The notes beneath the pieces were generated by a model that saw only the letters and a program-made list of their open reading frames with translations, ran no database searches and was not told the DNA's origin. DNA of 64,000 nt from NCBI GenBank assembly GCA_036012755.1, contig DASCPX010000211.1:1-64000 (forward strand), in the 5' to 3' direction. This document shows, piece after piece, positions 9,664-19,509 of this stretch (positions are counted from its first letter, which is position 1; every line of letters begins with the position of its first letter). Origin of the DNA: Myxococcota bacterium (GTDB lineage Bacteria > Myxococcota_A > UBA796 > CAJQPC01). Position numbers and translations under genes: made by a program.

Positions 9664-10137
9664 AGCGCGTTCTTTTTCATCCCCTCATCCGTCTCGAAGC
9701 CTCATCTCACGTCCTGTGAGGTGGATCGTCTCCCCGCCCGGCCTCGCGCGGGCCTCGGGGGCGCGGCACCACCGGTCGCCTTGCAATGGCGCCCTCCTTG
9801 GGAACCCCTCCGGACCTCCTGGTCCACTCCCACTCGTCCTTCTGTGACCCGTGTTGTCCGCTGTCGCCGCTATCGCTGTTGTTGTTGCCCGCCGCTGAAG
9901 AAGATGCTGGACCTGGAACCCCGGGGTCCGCGCGTGGTCCCTCCCCCCTTCGAGGGGGAGTCGCTGCGGAGACGTCACATCCGAGCCATCTGGGCTCGTG
10001 GACTCGAGACAAGCAAGGCATGGCGGTGCCCCTCTGGGAATGGCCCGGACAGAGTTGTTCTTCCCTTTTTTCCGCGTGACTCCCTGGACCCCCGAGGGGC
10101 GCCGCTCGCCCTTGCACTTCCCCCACCAACCCCTCCA
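9664..10137. other. Long structured non-coding spacer between ftsI and murE (candidate regulatory RNA)
   Basis: 474 bp in an otherwise overlap-coupled operon; several hairpins (9706-9720, 9812-9825, 9941-9960); no convincing protein in any frame. Confidence 0.5.
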
Positions 10138-11553
10138 ATGCTCCTCAGCGACCTGCTCTCCCAGGTCGATCACCGCCTGCTGTACGGTTCCGTCGACCGC
10201 CCGATCACCGCCCTGACCCAGGACTCCCGCGAGGCCGGCCCAGGCTCGGTCTTCGTCGCGATCCGAGGTCTGCGCGTGGACGGTCACCGCTTCGTTCCGA
10301 GCGTCGAGGCCGAGGCGGTGGTCGTCGAGCGGCCCGTCGAGGCTCCGGCCGGCGTGACCGTGGTCGAGGTCGACGACACGCGCCTGGCGCTGGCGCGACT
10401 CGCCGCGGCGCTCCACGGCCATCCCTCCGAGGAGCTCGATGTCGTGGGTGTCACCGGGACGAACGGAAAGACCACGACGACCTGGATGCTCGAGGCCATC
10501 GCCCGCGCCGCTGGCCACAAGGTCGGTGTGGTCGGCACTACCGGGAACCGCATCGACGGGCTCGAGCTGCCCACCGCCTACACCACACCGGAGGCACCAC
10601 AGTGGCAGGGGCTGCTCCGCGAGATGGTCGACAACGGCTGCAGTGTCGTCGCAGCCGAGGTCAGCAGCATCGGCCTCGCGGCGAGGCGGGTCGATGGCAC
10701 GCGCTTCGCTGTGGCCATCTACACGAACTTCAGCCAGGACCACCTCGACGCCCACGGCACGATGGAGGCCTACGCCGCAGCCAAGGCGCGACTCTTCACC
10801 GAGTTCGAGATCGGCCGAGCCATCATCAACGTCGAGGACGCCGCCGTAGCAGGCCTGCTGCCCCTGACCATGCCGGTCTGGACCTTTGGTCTGGAGGGGG
10901 GAGACCTGCACGCCCTGGAGCTCGACCTCCAGGTCCGGGGGAGCTTCGCCGCGATGCAGACACCTGCTGGTGTCATCGACCTCTCCCTTCCGCTCCCCGG
11001 CGCCTTCAACGTGGAGAACGCCCTCGCGGCTGCGGGGGCGGCCCTGGCTCTAGGTGTGCCTCCCGAGGCCATCGAGTCCGGTCTCGCCGGCCTCCCACAG
11101 GTTCCCGGCCGCCTCGAGCGCGTGGATCGAGATGACCTCGACGTGTTCGTGGACTACGCACACACGCCCGACGCCCTGGAGACGGTGCTCGCGACGCTGC
11201 GGCCCCTGGCCCGCGGGCGGCTCCTGGTCGTCTTCGGCTGCGGTGGCGACCGAGACCGCCACAAGCGCGCTGACATGGGCCGCCTGGCCTGTGCTGGCGC
11301 GGACCTGGTCTTCGCGACCTCCGACAACCCACGCACAGAGGACCCCGCGGCCATCCTGGGAGAGGTCCGCGCGGGCCTGGACGAGCACGCCAGGGTCATC
11401 ACCGATCGGCGCGAGGCCATCAACGAGGCCATCCGGACGGCAGCGCCGGGAGATGTCTTGCTGATCGCCGGCAAGGGCCACGAGACGACCCAGGAGATCT
11501 GCGGCGTGAAGCATCCCTTCGACGATCGCGTCGTCGCCAGGGAGGCCCCGTGA
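10138..11553 (+). CDS. murE: UDP-MurNAc-tripeptide synthetase MurE
   Basis: GVTGTNGKTT, TTPE, DHLDAH, VDYAHTPD, FGCGGDRD, DNPR (meso-DAP motif), AGKGHE. Confidence 0.97.
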   Translation: MLLSDLLSQVDHRLLYGSVDRPITALTQDSREAGPGSVFVAIRGLRVDGHRFVPSVEAEAVVVERPVEAPAGVTVVEVDDTRLALARLAAALHGHPSEELDVVGVTGTNGKTTTTWMLEAIARAAGHKVGVVGTTGNRIDGLELPTAYTTPEAPQWQGLLREMVDNGCSVVAAEVSSIGLAARRVDGTRFAVAIYTNFSQDHLDAHGTMEAYAAAKARLFTEFEIGRAIINVEDAAVAGLLPLTMPVWTFGLEGGDLHALELDLQVRGSFAAMQTPAGVIDLSLPLPGAFNVENALAAAGAALALGVPPEAIESGLAGLPQVPGRLERVDRDDLDVFVDYAHTPDALETVLATLRPLARGRLLVVFGCGGDRDRHKRADMGRLACAGADLVFATSDNPRTEDPAAILGEVRAGLDEHARVITDRREAINEAIRTAAPGDVLLIAGKGHETTQEICGVKHPFDDRVVAREAP

Positions 11554-12893
11554 CCTTCTCCGGCGCCGAGCTCGCGCAGGCCACGGGCGGACTGCTCGAG
11601 GGCCAGGGCCCTCCAGGGCCCGTGACGACCGACACCCGGCGGCTGGAGCCCGGGAGCTGGTTCCTGGCCCTCCGCGGTGAGCGCTTCGATGGTCACGAGT
11701 TCACCGCGCATGCAGCAGCGGCTGGCTGTGCCGGCATCGTGGTCGACACCTTGCCAGAGGGCTGGTCTCGCGGCGCTGTCGTCGTCGAGGACACCCTGGT
11801 GGCGCTCCAGGACATCGGCCGCTTCGTTCGCTCGGGTCTCCGCTGTCCGGTGGTCGGGGTCACCGGATCTGCTGGCAAGACCACGACTCGGGCCATGACC
11901 GCCGCCGTGCTCCGAGGCCTCGGCCGTGTCCACGCGACCGAAGGGAACCTCAACAACCACATCGGCGTCCCGCTCACCCTCCTCGCCACGCCTCCCGAGG
12001 TCGACGTGCTCGTGCTCGAGATGGGCATGTCCGCGCCGGGAGAGATCGCCCTGCTCCAGGACATCGGCGCGCCGACTGTCCGCCTGATCACGAACGTGGG
12101 CGTCGCGCACCTCGAGGGCACCGGCTCGATCGACGCGATCGCGGCATGCAAGCAGGAGCTCTTCGACGGGGCTCGCCCTGGCGACGTGCTGTTGGTGAAT
12201 GGGGACGACCCACGAGTCCGTGCCATGCCCCTGCCTCCAGGGACCACCTCGCTGATCTACGGATCCGAGCCTGGCTGCGACCTGCGATTGACGCACGTCC
12301 GGGTGGACCCGGTGAAGCTGTCGACCTTCGTAGAGCTCGAGTACCGAGGCCATCGGGTGGCGACGCGCATCTCCAGCCCCGGCCATCACCTGGCCCTCGA
12401 TGCCTGCGCAGCAGCCGCAGTGGGGGCGGCGCTGGGGGTGCCCCTGGACGAGATCGCCGCGGGCCTGGGTCGCTACGAGCCGGTCGGCATGCGCATGCGC
12501 GTCGAGCAGCACGGCGACATCACGGTGCTCAACGACGCCTACAACGCCAACCCGCCAAGCATGAGGGCGGCGCTGCAGACCCTCGCCACCATCGAAGGCC
12601 GCCGCCGCATCGCGCTCCTCGGCGACATGCTGGAGCTGGGGTGGATCGAGAGCGAGGCCCACGACGACATCGCTCGCTTCGCGGCCTCGCTCGAGCTGGA
12701 GCTCGTCGGTCTCTGTGGTCCGCGCATGGGCAGCGCCGCGCCGGAGCTCGATGTGCTGCGGGCTTCGGAGTCCGTAGCCCTCGGCGAGGCCGTTGCTCCT
12801 CGACTCGTCCCAGGCGACGTCGTGCTCCTCAAGGGGAGCAGGGGAGCGCGGATGGAACGGGTGTTGCACTCGCTGTCGGTCGAGGAGGCCTGA
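11550..12893 (+). CDS. murF: UDP-MurNAc-pentapeptide synthetase MurF
   Basis: GERFDGH, VTGSAGKTTT, GNLNNHIGVPLT, NDAYNANP, LGDMLELG, KGSRG. Confidence 0.97.
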   Translation: MTFSGAELAQATGGLLEGQGPPGPVTTDTRRLEPGSWFLALRGERFDGHEFTAHAAAAGCAGIVVDTLPEGWSRGAVVVEDTLVALQDIGRFVRSGLRCPVVGVTGSAGKTTTRAMTAAVLRGLGRVHATEGNLNNHIGVPLTLLATPPEVDVLVLEMGMSAPGEIALLQDIGAPTVRLITNVGVAHLEGTGSIDAIAACKQELFDGARPGDVLLVNGDDPRVRAMPLPPGTTSLIYGSEPGCDLRLTHVRVDPVKLSTFVELEYRGHRVATRISSPGHHLALDACAAAAVGAALGVPLDEIAAGLGRYEPVGMRMRVEQHGDITVLNDAYNANPPSMRAALQTLATIEGRRRIALLGDMLELGWIESEAHDDIARFAASLELELVGLCGPRMGSAAPELDVLRASESVALGEAVAPRLVPGDVVLLKGSRGARMERVLHSLSVEEA

Positions 12894-13972
12894 TGCTCTA
12901 CCACCTGCTCGTGCCGCTGGCAGACACCCACATCGTCTTCAACGTCTTCCGGTACACCTCCTTCCGGACGGCCTGGGCGATGATCACCGCCCTGTTGTTC
13001 TGCTACTTCGTCTTCCCCGCGTTCATTCGCTGGATGAAGGCGCGCAAGCTGGCGCAAGTCATCAGGGACGACGGCCCTCAGGAGCACATCGAGGCCAAGG
13101 TCGGCACGCCCACTATGGGGGGGGTGCCGATGATCCTCGGCATCGCCCTGGCGGGTCTCCTCTGGTGCCGGCTCGACCAGCCCATCGTCTGGATCGCGCT
13201 CGCGGTGTTGCTCGGCTACGGCGTCATCGGCTTCGTCGACGACTGGAAGAAGGTCATGGGGCGCTCCAGCGACGGCCTCGCCGGACGTTGGAAGATCGTC
13301 GGCCAGCTGGTCTTCGGCGGCGTCCCGCTGGCTCTCGGCGTGCACTTCGGTGTGGTCTCGACAGAGGTCTGGCTGCCCTTCTTGAAGGGCGTCGCCATCG
13401 ACATCTGGTGGTTCTACCTGCTGTTCGGGCTGTTCATCCTGGTCGGAACCAGCAACGCCGTGAACCTCACCGATGGCCTGGACGGCCTGGCCATCGGGCC
13501 GATAATGACCAGCGCCGTGACCTTCGCCATCCTCGCCTACATCGCGGGACACGCCGGCTTCTCCGACTACCTCAACGTGCCGGGGGTCGAAGGCTCGGGT
13601 GAGCTGACCATCATCTGCATGGCGGTGGTCGGCGCCGGGCTCGGCTTCCTCTGGTTCAACACCTACCCCGCCCAGATCTTCATGGGCGATGTCGGCAGTC
13701 TCTCCCTCGGCGGGCTCCTCGGCATCCTCGCCATCCTCACCAAGCAGGAGATCCTCCTGGCCCTGGTGGGTGGCATTTTCGTGCTCGAGGCGCTGAGCGT
13801 GATCATCCAGGTCGGCAGCTTCAAGCTGACCGGGAAACGCGTCTTCGCCATGGCCCCCATCCACCATCACTACGAGAAGAAGGATTGGTCAGAACCAAAG
13901 ATCATCGTCCGTTTCTGGATCATCAGCATCTTGCTCGCCCTCGTCGCGCTCACGACGTTGAAGCTACGATGA
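12893..13972 (+). CDS. mraY: Phospho-MurNAc-pentapeptide transferase MraY
   Basis: KVGTPTMGG, SNAVNLTDGLDGL, FMGDVGSL, MAPIHHHYE. Confidence 0.97.
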   Translation: MLYHLLVPLADTHIVFNVFRYTSFRTAWAMITALLFCYFVFPAFIRWMKARKLAQVIRDDGPQEHIEAKVGTPTMGGVPMILGIALAGLLWCRLDQPIVWIALAVLLGYGVIGFVDDWKKVMGRSSDGLAGRWKIVGQLVFGGVPLALGVHFGVVSTEVWLPFLKGVAIDIWWFYLLFGLFILVGTSNAVNLTDGLDGLAIGPIMTSAVTFAILAYIAGHAGFSDYLNVPGVEGSGELTIICMAVVGAGLGFLWFNTYPAQIFMGDVGSLSLGGLLGILAILTKQEILLALVGGIFVLEALSVIIQVGSFKLTGKRVFAMAPIHHHYEKKDWSEPKIIVRFWIISILLALVALTTLKLR

Positions 13973-15234
13973 GGTCTCTCTCCGGGGCGCGAGTCACGGT
14001 CCTCGGGGCGGCGCGATCGGGTCGCGCCGCAGCGGAGCTCGCTCTGCGCTTCGGCGCGATTGTCGTGCTCAGCGATCTGCGCGAGGACCTCGACGAGCTG
14101 CCAGGCGCCACCTGTGTGTTCGGGCATCACCGGAACGAGGACCTCGTCGGAGCCGACCTCGTCGTGGTCAGTCCCGGCGTGCCCGCTGCGGCGCCGCCGG
14201 TTCGAAAGGCCATCGAGGCTGGCGTAGAGGTCGTCGGCGAGCTCGGCTTCGCTGCCTCGTTCATCGATCCTGGCGTCTCGCTGCTCGCCGTGACCGGGAC
14301 CAACGGCAAGTCCACGGTGACCCACTTCACCGCCCAGCTCCTCGAGGCAGCGGGGGCTCGTGTCTTCGCCGGGGGCAACCTCGGAACGCCGCTGTCGAAG
14401 GCCGTCGGGCTCGACGCGGACGTGCTGGTCGTCGAGGTCAGCAGCTACCAGATGGAGCTCCCCGGTTGTTTCGCGCCGAGCGCTGCCGTCGTGCTGAACT
14501 TGACGCCGGACCACCTCGGGCGCCACAAGACGATGGAGGGCTACGCCGAGGCCAAGTGCCGGGTCTTCGACCGCATCGACGAAGGCGGCTTCGCGATCCT
14601 GCCCGCCGGCGACGAGCTGCTCGCCAGCGCGGCCCGGGGTCGGGGCGGACGGCGGGTCTGGCTGGGTGCCCAGCCCGGCGCCACGATCGAAGGTGACGAG
14701 CTCCTCATCGGCGATGGCTGCCTCGATCTGACCCGGCTCGAGGTCCCCGGCGAGCACAACCGCTGGAACGCCGCCGCCGCGAGCCTCCTTGCAGTGGCCG
14801 CGGGCCGCCTGGTCGAGGACATCGACCTCGCCGTGCTCAGCGGGCTTCCCCACCGCCTCGAGCTGGTCGCGGAGATCGACGGTGTCCGCTGGATCAACGA
14901 CTCCAAGGCGACCAACATCGACGCCGCCGCCATCGGCATCAAGGCGATGAATGGCGAGCTGACCGTCCTCCTCGGCGGTCAAGGCAAGGAGGGAGTCGAC
15001 TGGGCTTCGCTGCCCGTCGGCGGCGCCCGGGTCATCTGCTTCGGTGCTTCCGGCGCCCAGATCCAGGCTGCCGTCGGTGGTGAGCGCGTCCTGACGCTGC
15101 AGGCCGCAGTCGAGCGCGCCCGCGAGGTCGCTCGAGCAGGGACCACGGTGCTGTTGTCCCCAGCCTGCGCCAGCTTCGATGAGTTCAACGACTTCGAGCA
15201 CCGAGGGGTGCGCTTCAAGGAGTGGGTGGGATGA
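13969..15234 (+). CDS. murD: D-glutamate ligase MurD
   Basis: VVSPGVP, VTGTNGKST, EVSSYQ, NDSKATN, LLSPACASFDEF. Confidence 0.96.
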   Translation: MRSLSGARVTVLGAARSGRAAAELALRFGAIVVLSDLREDLDELPGATCVFGHHRNEDLVGADLVVVSPGVPAAAPPVRKAIEAGVEVVGELGFAASFIDPGVSLLAVTGTNGKSTVTHFTAQLLEAAGARVFAGGNLGTPLSKAVGLDADVLVVEVSSYQMELPGCFAPSAAVVLNLTPDHLGRHKTMEGYAEAKCRVFDRIDEGGFAILPAGDELLASAARGRGGRRVWLGAQPGATIEGDELLIGDGCLDLTRLEVPGEHNRWNAAAASLLAVAAGRLVEDIDLAVLSGLPHRLELVAEIDGVRWINDSKATNIDAAAIGIKAMNGELTVLLGGQGKEGVDWASLPVGGARVICFGASGAQIQAAVGGERVLTLQAAVERAREVARAGTTVLLSPACASFDEFNDFEHRGVRFKEWVG

Positions 15235-16367
15235 GCGTTCGCCGCACCTATGACACCGTCCTCATCGCCACGGTCGCAGTCCTGTTGGTGATCGGCCTCG
15301 TGATGGTCCAGTCCGCGTCCGGGCCCGTAGCCGCCGATCGCATGGGCGACAGCTGGCACTACGTGAGGCGCCAGGCCCTGGCGATGGGGCTGGGAATCGG
15401 CGGCTGTGTCGCCCTGGCGCTGATCCCCTACCACTTCATCCGGAGATGGGCGTGGGTGCTCTTCGGGCTCGTCGCCGTCGCCCTGTGTGCTGTCTTCGCC
15501 TTCGACCCCGTCAACGGCGCCCGGCGCTGGATCGGCTTCGGAGGCATCAACTTCCAGCCCTCGGAGTTCGCCAAGGTCGCGGCGGTCCTCTGCATGGCCG
15601 ACTTCCTGGATCGGCACGCCGACCGGCTCGCGGACTGGAAGGTGCTCGCAAAGGCATGCGCCATTCCGGGCGTGCTGATGGTGCTCGTGCTCGCCGAACC
15701 CGACTTCGGAACCACCTGCATCCTCGGTGGCATGGCCTTCCTGACGCTCTACGTCGCCGGGCTGCGTCGGAAGGTCCTGTGGGGGCTCGGAGTCGGTGGC
15801 GTCCTCGCCGCGATCCCAGCTGTGATGTTCGCCAGCTACCGCATGGACCGCTTCAGGGCCGTGCTCGACCCCTACGCCGATCCCGCAGGCGCCGGCTACC
15901 AGATCATCCAGTCGCTCATCGCGTTCCACTCCGGGGGGCTTGTCGGGCGCGGGCTCGGCGAGTCCCAGGCCAAGCACCTCTTCCTGCCCGAACCCTGGAC
16001 GGACTTCATCGCCTCCGTGCTCGCCGAGGAGCTCGGTCTTATCGGCATCCTCGCGCTCATCGGCCTCTACGGCGTGCTGATCTGGCGAGGGCTCCGGATA
16101 GCCCGCAACGCTGGCGATCTCTTTGGCGTGTTGCTCGCGACCTCGGTCACCGGGACGCTCGGCCTGCAGGCCTTCTTCAACCTCGGCGTGGCCCTGGGCA
16201 TCGTCCCGCCGAAGGGTCTCGTGCTGCCCTTCATGAGCTACGGGGCGTCCGCCATCATGGGGCACCTCCTCTGCATCGGGCTGCTCCTGAACATCTCGGC
16301 CAACGGCGCTCCGGTACCCAAGACGCCGCCCATCTACCGCGCCACCGCGACGGCCGAGGGCTTCTGA
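15231..16367 (+). CDS. ftsW: SEDS peptidoglycan polymerase FtsW
   Basis: NGARRW, FQPSEFAK, EPDFGT, GYQIIQS, LPEPWTDFI, LPFMSYG. Confidence 0.96.
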   Translation: MSVRRTYDTVLIATVAVLLVIGLVMVQSASGPVAADRMGDSWHYVRRQALAMGLGIGGCVALALIPYHFIRRWAWVLFGLVAVALCAVFAFDPVNGARRWIGFGGINFQPSEFAKVAAVLCMADFLDRHADRLADWKVLAKACAIPGVLMVLVLAEPDFGTTCILGGMAFLTLYVAGLRRKVLWGLGVGGVLAAIPAVMFASYRMDRFRAVLDPYADPAGAGYQIIQSLIAFHSGGLVGRGLGESQAKHLFLPEPWTDFIASVLAEELGLIGILALIGLYGVLIWRGLRIARNAGDLFGVLLATSVTGTLGLQAFFNLGVALGIVPPKGLVLPFMSYGASAIMGHLLCIGLLLNISANGAPVPKTPPIYRATATAEGF

Positions 16368-17740
16368 TGTTTCGAGGCAAGGTCCACCACATCCACTTCG
16401 TCGGCATCGGCGGAGCTGGAATGAACGGCATCGCAGAGGTCCTGCTGAACCTCGGCTTCGCGGTGACCGGGAGCGATCTGCGCGCGAGCGCCAACGTGCT
16501 GCGACTACGCAAGCTGGGCGCCCGGGTGCACATCGGGCACGCACCGGGAAACCTCGGAGAGGCCGACGTCCTCGTGAAGTCGACCGCGGTGGGGCTGGAG
16601 AACCCAGAGGTCCGCGCAGCCCTCGCCCGCCAGATCCCGGTCATTCCGCGCGCCGAGATGCTCGCCGAGCTCATGCGCATGAAGTACGGCATCGCCGTCG
16701 CCGGTACGCACGGAAAGACCACGACCACCTCGATGCTCGCGCGGGTCCTGGGCGAGGGCGAGCTCGACCCCACCATCGTCATCGGTGGCAAGCTCGAGGC
16801 CATCGGAAGCTACGCGAAGCTCGGGGGAGGGGACTTCCTCGTGGCAGAGGCTGACGAGTCCGACGGCTCCTTCATGTACCTGGCCCCCACGGTCGCGGTG
16901 GTGACGAACATCGACCCGGAGCACCTCGACCACTACGGGGACTTCGAGACGCTCAAGCAGACCTTCGTGCGTTTCGTGAACAAGGTGCCGTTCTTCGGCT
17001 TCGGCGTCGTCTGCCTGGACCACCCGGTCGTGCAGGAGCTGCTGCCGGAGATGCGCCGGCGTGTCGTGACCTACGGCCTCACCCGGCAGGCCGGACTCCG
17101 TGCGGACGAGCTCGTCGCCGCCGGCCTGAGCACGAGCTTCACGGTGCTCCACGACGACGAGGTGCTCGGCCGCGTCTCGATGAACATGCCGGGGAGGCAC
17201 AACGTGCAGAACGCCCTCGCGGCGATCGCGACGGGGCTGGAGCTGGACATCCCCTTCGAGACGATGGCCGTGGCGCTGGACGGGTTCTCTGGGGTGCAGC
17301 GTCGCTTCACCGTGCGCGCGGACGTCGGGGGCGTCCTCATCGTCGACGACTACGCTCATCACCCGGTCGAGATCGAGGCGACCTTGTCGGGGGCACGTCA
17401 GGGCTTCCCGGATCGCCGCATCGTCGCCGTGTTCCAACCCCACCGCTACTCGCGCGTTCGGGACATGGAGAACGACTTCTGCCGGGCCTTCAACCGCGCC
17501 GACCACGTCATCGTCTGTCCGATCTACGCCGCGGGAGAGACGCCGATCGAGGGCTTCGACTCCTGGCGTCTCGCGGACGGGCTCCGCGCCCACGGACACC
17601 GCTCGGTCGAGGCGGCCGAGAGCCTCGGCGATGCCCACGAGCGTCTGGTTGGGGTCTGCGAGCCTGGCGACCTCGTCATCACCCTGGGCGCCGGAACCGT
17701 GAACACACTCTGCGACGGTCTCGCCGAGGAACTCGCGTGA
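16367..17740 (+). CDS. murC: UDP-MurNAc-L-alanine ligase MurC
   Basis: HFVGIGGAGM, AGTHGKTTT, EADESD, DDYAHHP, FQPHRYSR. Confidence 0.97.
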   Translation: MFRGKVHHIHFVGIGGAGMNGIAEVLLNLGFAVTGSDLRASANVLRLRKLGARVHIGHAPGNLGEADVLVKSTAVGLENPEVRAALARQIPVIPRAEMLAELMRMKYGIAVAGTHGKTTTTSMLARVLGEGELDPTIVIGGKLEAIGSYAKLGGGDFLVAEADESDGSFMYLAPTVAVVTNIDPEHLDHYGDFETLKQTFVRFVNKVPFFGFGVVCLDHPVVQELLPEMRRRVVTYGLTRQAGLRADELVAAGLSTSFTVLHDDEVLGRVSMNMPGRHNVQNALAAIATGLELDIPFETMAVALDGFSGVQRRFTVRADVGGVLIVDDYAHHPVEIEATLSGARQGFPDRRIVAVFQPHRYSRVRDMENDFCRAFNRADHVIVCPIYAAGETPIEGFDSWRLADGLRAHGHRSVEAAESLGDAHERLVGVCEPGDLVITLGAGTVNTLCDGLAEELA

Positions 17741-18582
17741 TCCCGGTCAGCCTCGTCCAGGCTCTCGCGCAGGTCGCCGATCTGGCGGTCCGCAGGCACG
17801 AGCCCCTCCGGAGGCACGGCGTGTTCCGCGCGGGCGGCGAGGCTCCGCTCTGGCTCGTCGGTGACACGGAGGAGGCGCTGGTCTCGGCGGCCAGGGCGTG
17901 CCGAGATGCTGGCGTCAAGGTCCGGCCGGTGGACGGGCTCGAGTGGCTGGCACACGAAGGAGGGCTCGACGGCGCCTGCCTCAGGCCTGGTCGCTGCGGC
18001 TACGGGATCGAGCGCTCTGTCGCCGGTCTGCGCGTCGGAGCGTGGCATCCCGCCGCGGCCCTCGCCCGGTTCTGCGAGCGGGAGTCCCTCGGCGGCCTGG
18101 AGGCCCTCGCAGGCTGGCCGGGCACGGTCGGGGAGGCTCTGCGCCAGGGCCGGGTGTCGGGCTGTGCGCGGGTCCTGAAGGGCGTCCGTCTCGGCGACGT
18201 CGAGGTGGTCCTCGACAGCCACGTCATCATCTCGGTCGAGCTCGAGGTGAGGCCAGAGATCTCAGCTGTCATCGAAGCCCAGGGACTCCGGAACATCGAA
18301 CAGCGCCGGGGGGTCGGTCCAGGCCCGGGCCGTGTCTTCGAGGAACCCGGCCGCCAAAGCGCCGCGGAGCTGCTTGCGGACGCCGGCCTGTGCGGGGTGC
18401 GGCTGCGCAAGGCCCGGCTCGGCGTCAGAGAGCCGAACTGCATCCAGAACCTCGGCGGCGCGAGCGCAGAGGACGTGTTGCTCCTGGTCAAGATGGCGCA
18501 GGACCGCGTGAAGGCCCACTCGGGCATCGCGCTGTCAGCCGTCCATCGACCCCGCGGGCAGCGGCGGCGGACCCATGGATAG
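17737..18582 (+). CDS. murB: MurB-like protein, highly divergent
   Basis: Between murC and ddl; EPLRRH..FRAGGEA, GLEALAGWPGTVG, NLGGASAEDV..LV skeleton present but catalytic motifs altered. Confidence 0.7.
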   Translation: MIPVSLVQALAQVADLAVRRHEPLRRHGVFRAGGEAPLWLVGDTEEALVSAARACRDAGVKVRPVDGLEWLAHEGGLDGACLRPGRCGYGIERSVAGLRVGAWHPAAALARFCERESLGGLEALAGWPGTVGEALRQGRVSGCARVLKGVRLGDVEVVLDSHVIISVELEVRPEISAVIEAQGLRNIEQRRGVGPGPGRVFEEPGRQSAAELLADAGLCGVRLRKARLGVREPNCIQNLGGASAEDVLLLVKMAQDRVKAHSGIALSAVHRPRGQRRRTHG

Positions 18583-19507
18583 AGCGAGCACCCGCGTGGG
18601 CGTCCTGATGGGTGGCATGTCCCAGGAGCGAGCCGTGAGCCTCAAGAGCGGCGGGGCCGTCCTCGCAGCCCTGAGGCAGCGGGGCTGGAACACCGTCGCC
18701 ATCGATGTCGGCCCGGACCTCCCCGAGAGGCTCCGGGCGGAGCACGTGGACGTCGCGTGGATCGCGCTCCATGGACAGTTCGGCGAGGACGGCTGCGTCC
18801 AGGGTCTGCTGGAGATCATGCGCATCCCGTACACGGGCAGCAGCGCGCAGGCCTCTGCCGTGGCCATGGACAAGATCCGCACCAAGCGGCTGCTCGCCGA
18901 CACTGGCATCCCGATGCCGGGAGACCGAATCTGGCGTCGGGGGGATGAGATCCCGCCGGTCCGGCTCCCGGTGGTGGCCAAGTTCCCGAGCGGGGGGTCC
19001 ACCCTGGGACTGGCCATCTGCAGGGAGAGAGGCGAGCTGGAGAAGGCGCTGGTCGAGCTCAGCGGACTGGCCAGCGAGGTGCTGCTCGAGGACTTCGTCG
19101 CCGGCGAGGAGATCACCGTCGCCGTCCTCGACGGTGTGGCGCTGCCGGTCGTGGGTATCGTCCCGGAGAGCGGCTTCTTCGACTACGAAGCCAAGTACAC
19201 AGAGGGGCAGACCCGCTACGAGGTGCCGGCGACGCGCGTGTCCCAGGAGGTCCAGCTCCTCGCTCAGGAGCACGCCGCGACCGCCTACATGGTCGTGGGT
19301 CTGTCCGGGATTGCCCGCGCCGACTTCCTCGTCGATGGCGCCGGCGTTCCCTGGTTCCTGGAGATCAACACCATCCCGGGCATGACCGCCACCTCGCTCT
19401 CTCCGATGGCCGCGAAGGCCCTCGGCGTCTCCTTCGAGGAGCTCGTGGAGAGGCTGCTGCTCTCCGCTGTCGTCCACCTCGAACGATACGATCAGATCCT
19501 TGATTAG
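18575..19507 (+). CDS. ddl: D-alanine--D-alanine ligase
   Basis: GGMSQERAVSLKSG, LHGQFGEDG, IPYTGS, FDYEAKY, LEINTIPGMT. Confidence 0.96.
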   Translation: MDRASTRVGVLMGGMSQERAVSLKSGGAVLAALRQRGWNTVAIDVGPDLPERLRAEHVDVAWIALHGQFGEDGCVQGLLEIMRIPYTGSSAQASAVAMDKIRTKRLLADTGIPMPGDRIWRRGDEIPPVRLPVVAKFPSGGSTLGLAICRERGELEKALVELSGLASEVLLEDFVAGEEITVAVLDGVALPVVGIVPESGFFDYEAKYTEGQTRYEVPATRVSQEVQLLAQEHAATAYMVVGLSGIARADFLVDGAGVPWFLEINTIPGMTATSLSPMAAKALGVSFEELVERLLLSAVVHLERYDQILD

Positions 19508-19509
19508 TA

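Noticed and set aside
9707..10138. Small ORFs in the ftsI-murE spacer (143 aa minus, 97 aa plus)
   Set aside because: Low-complexity products with no motifs; a small peptide cannot be fully excluded.
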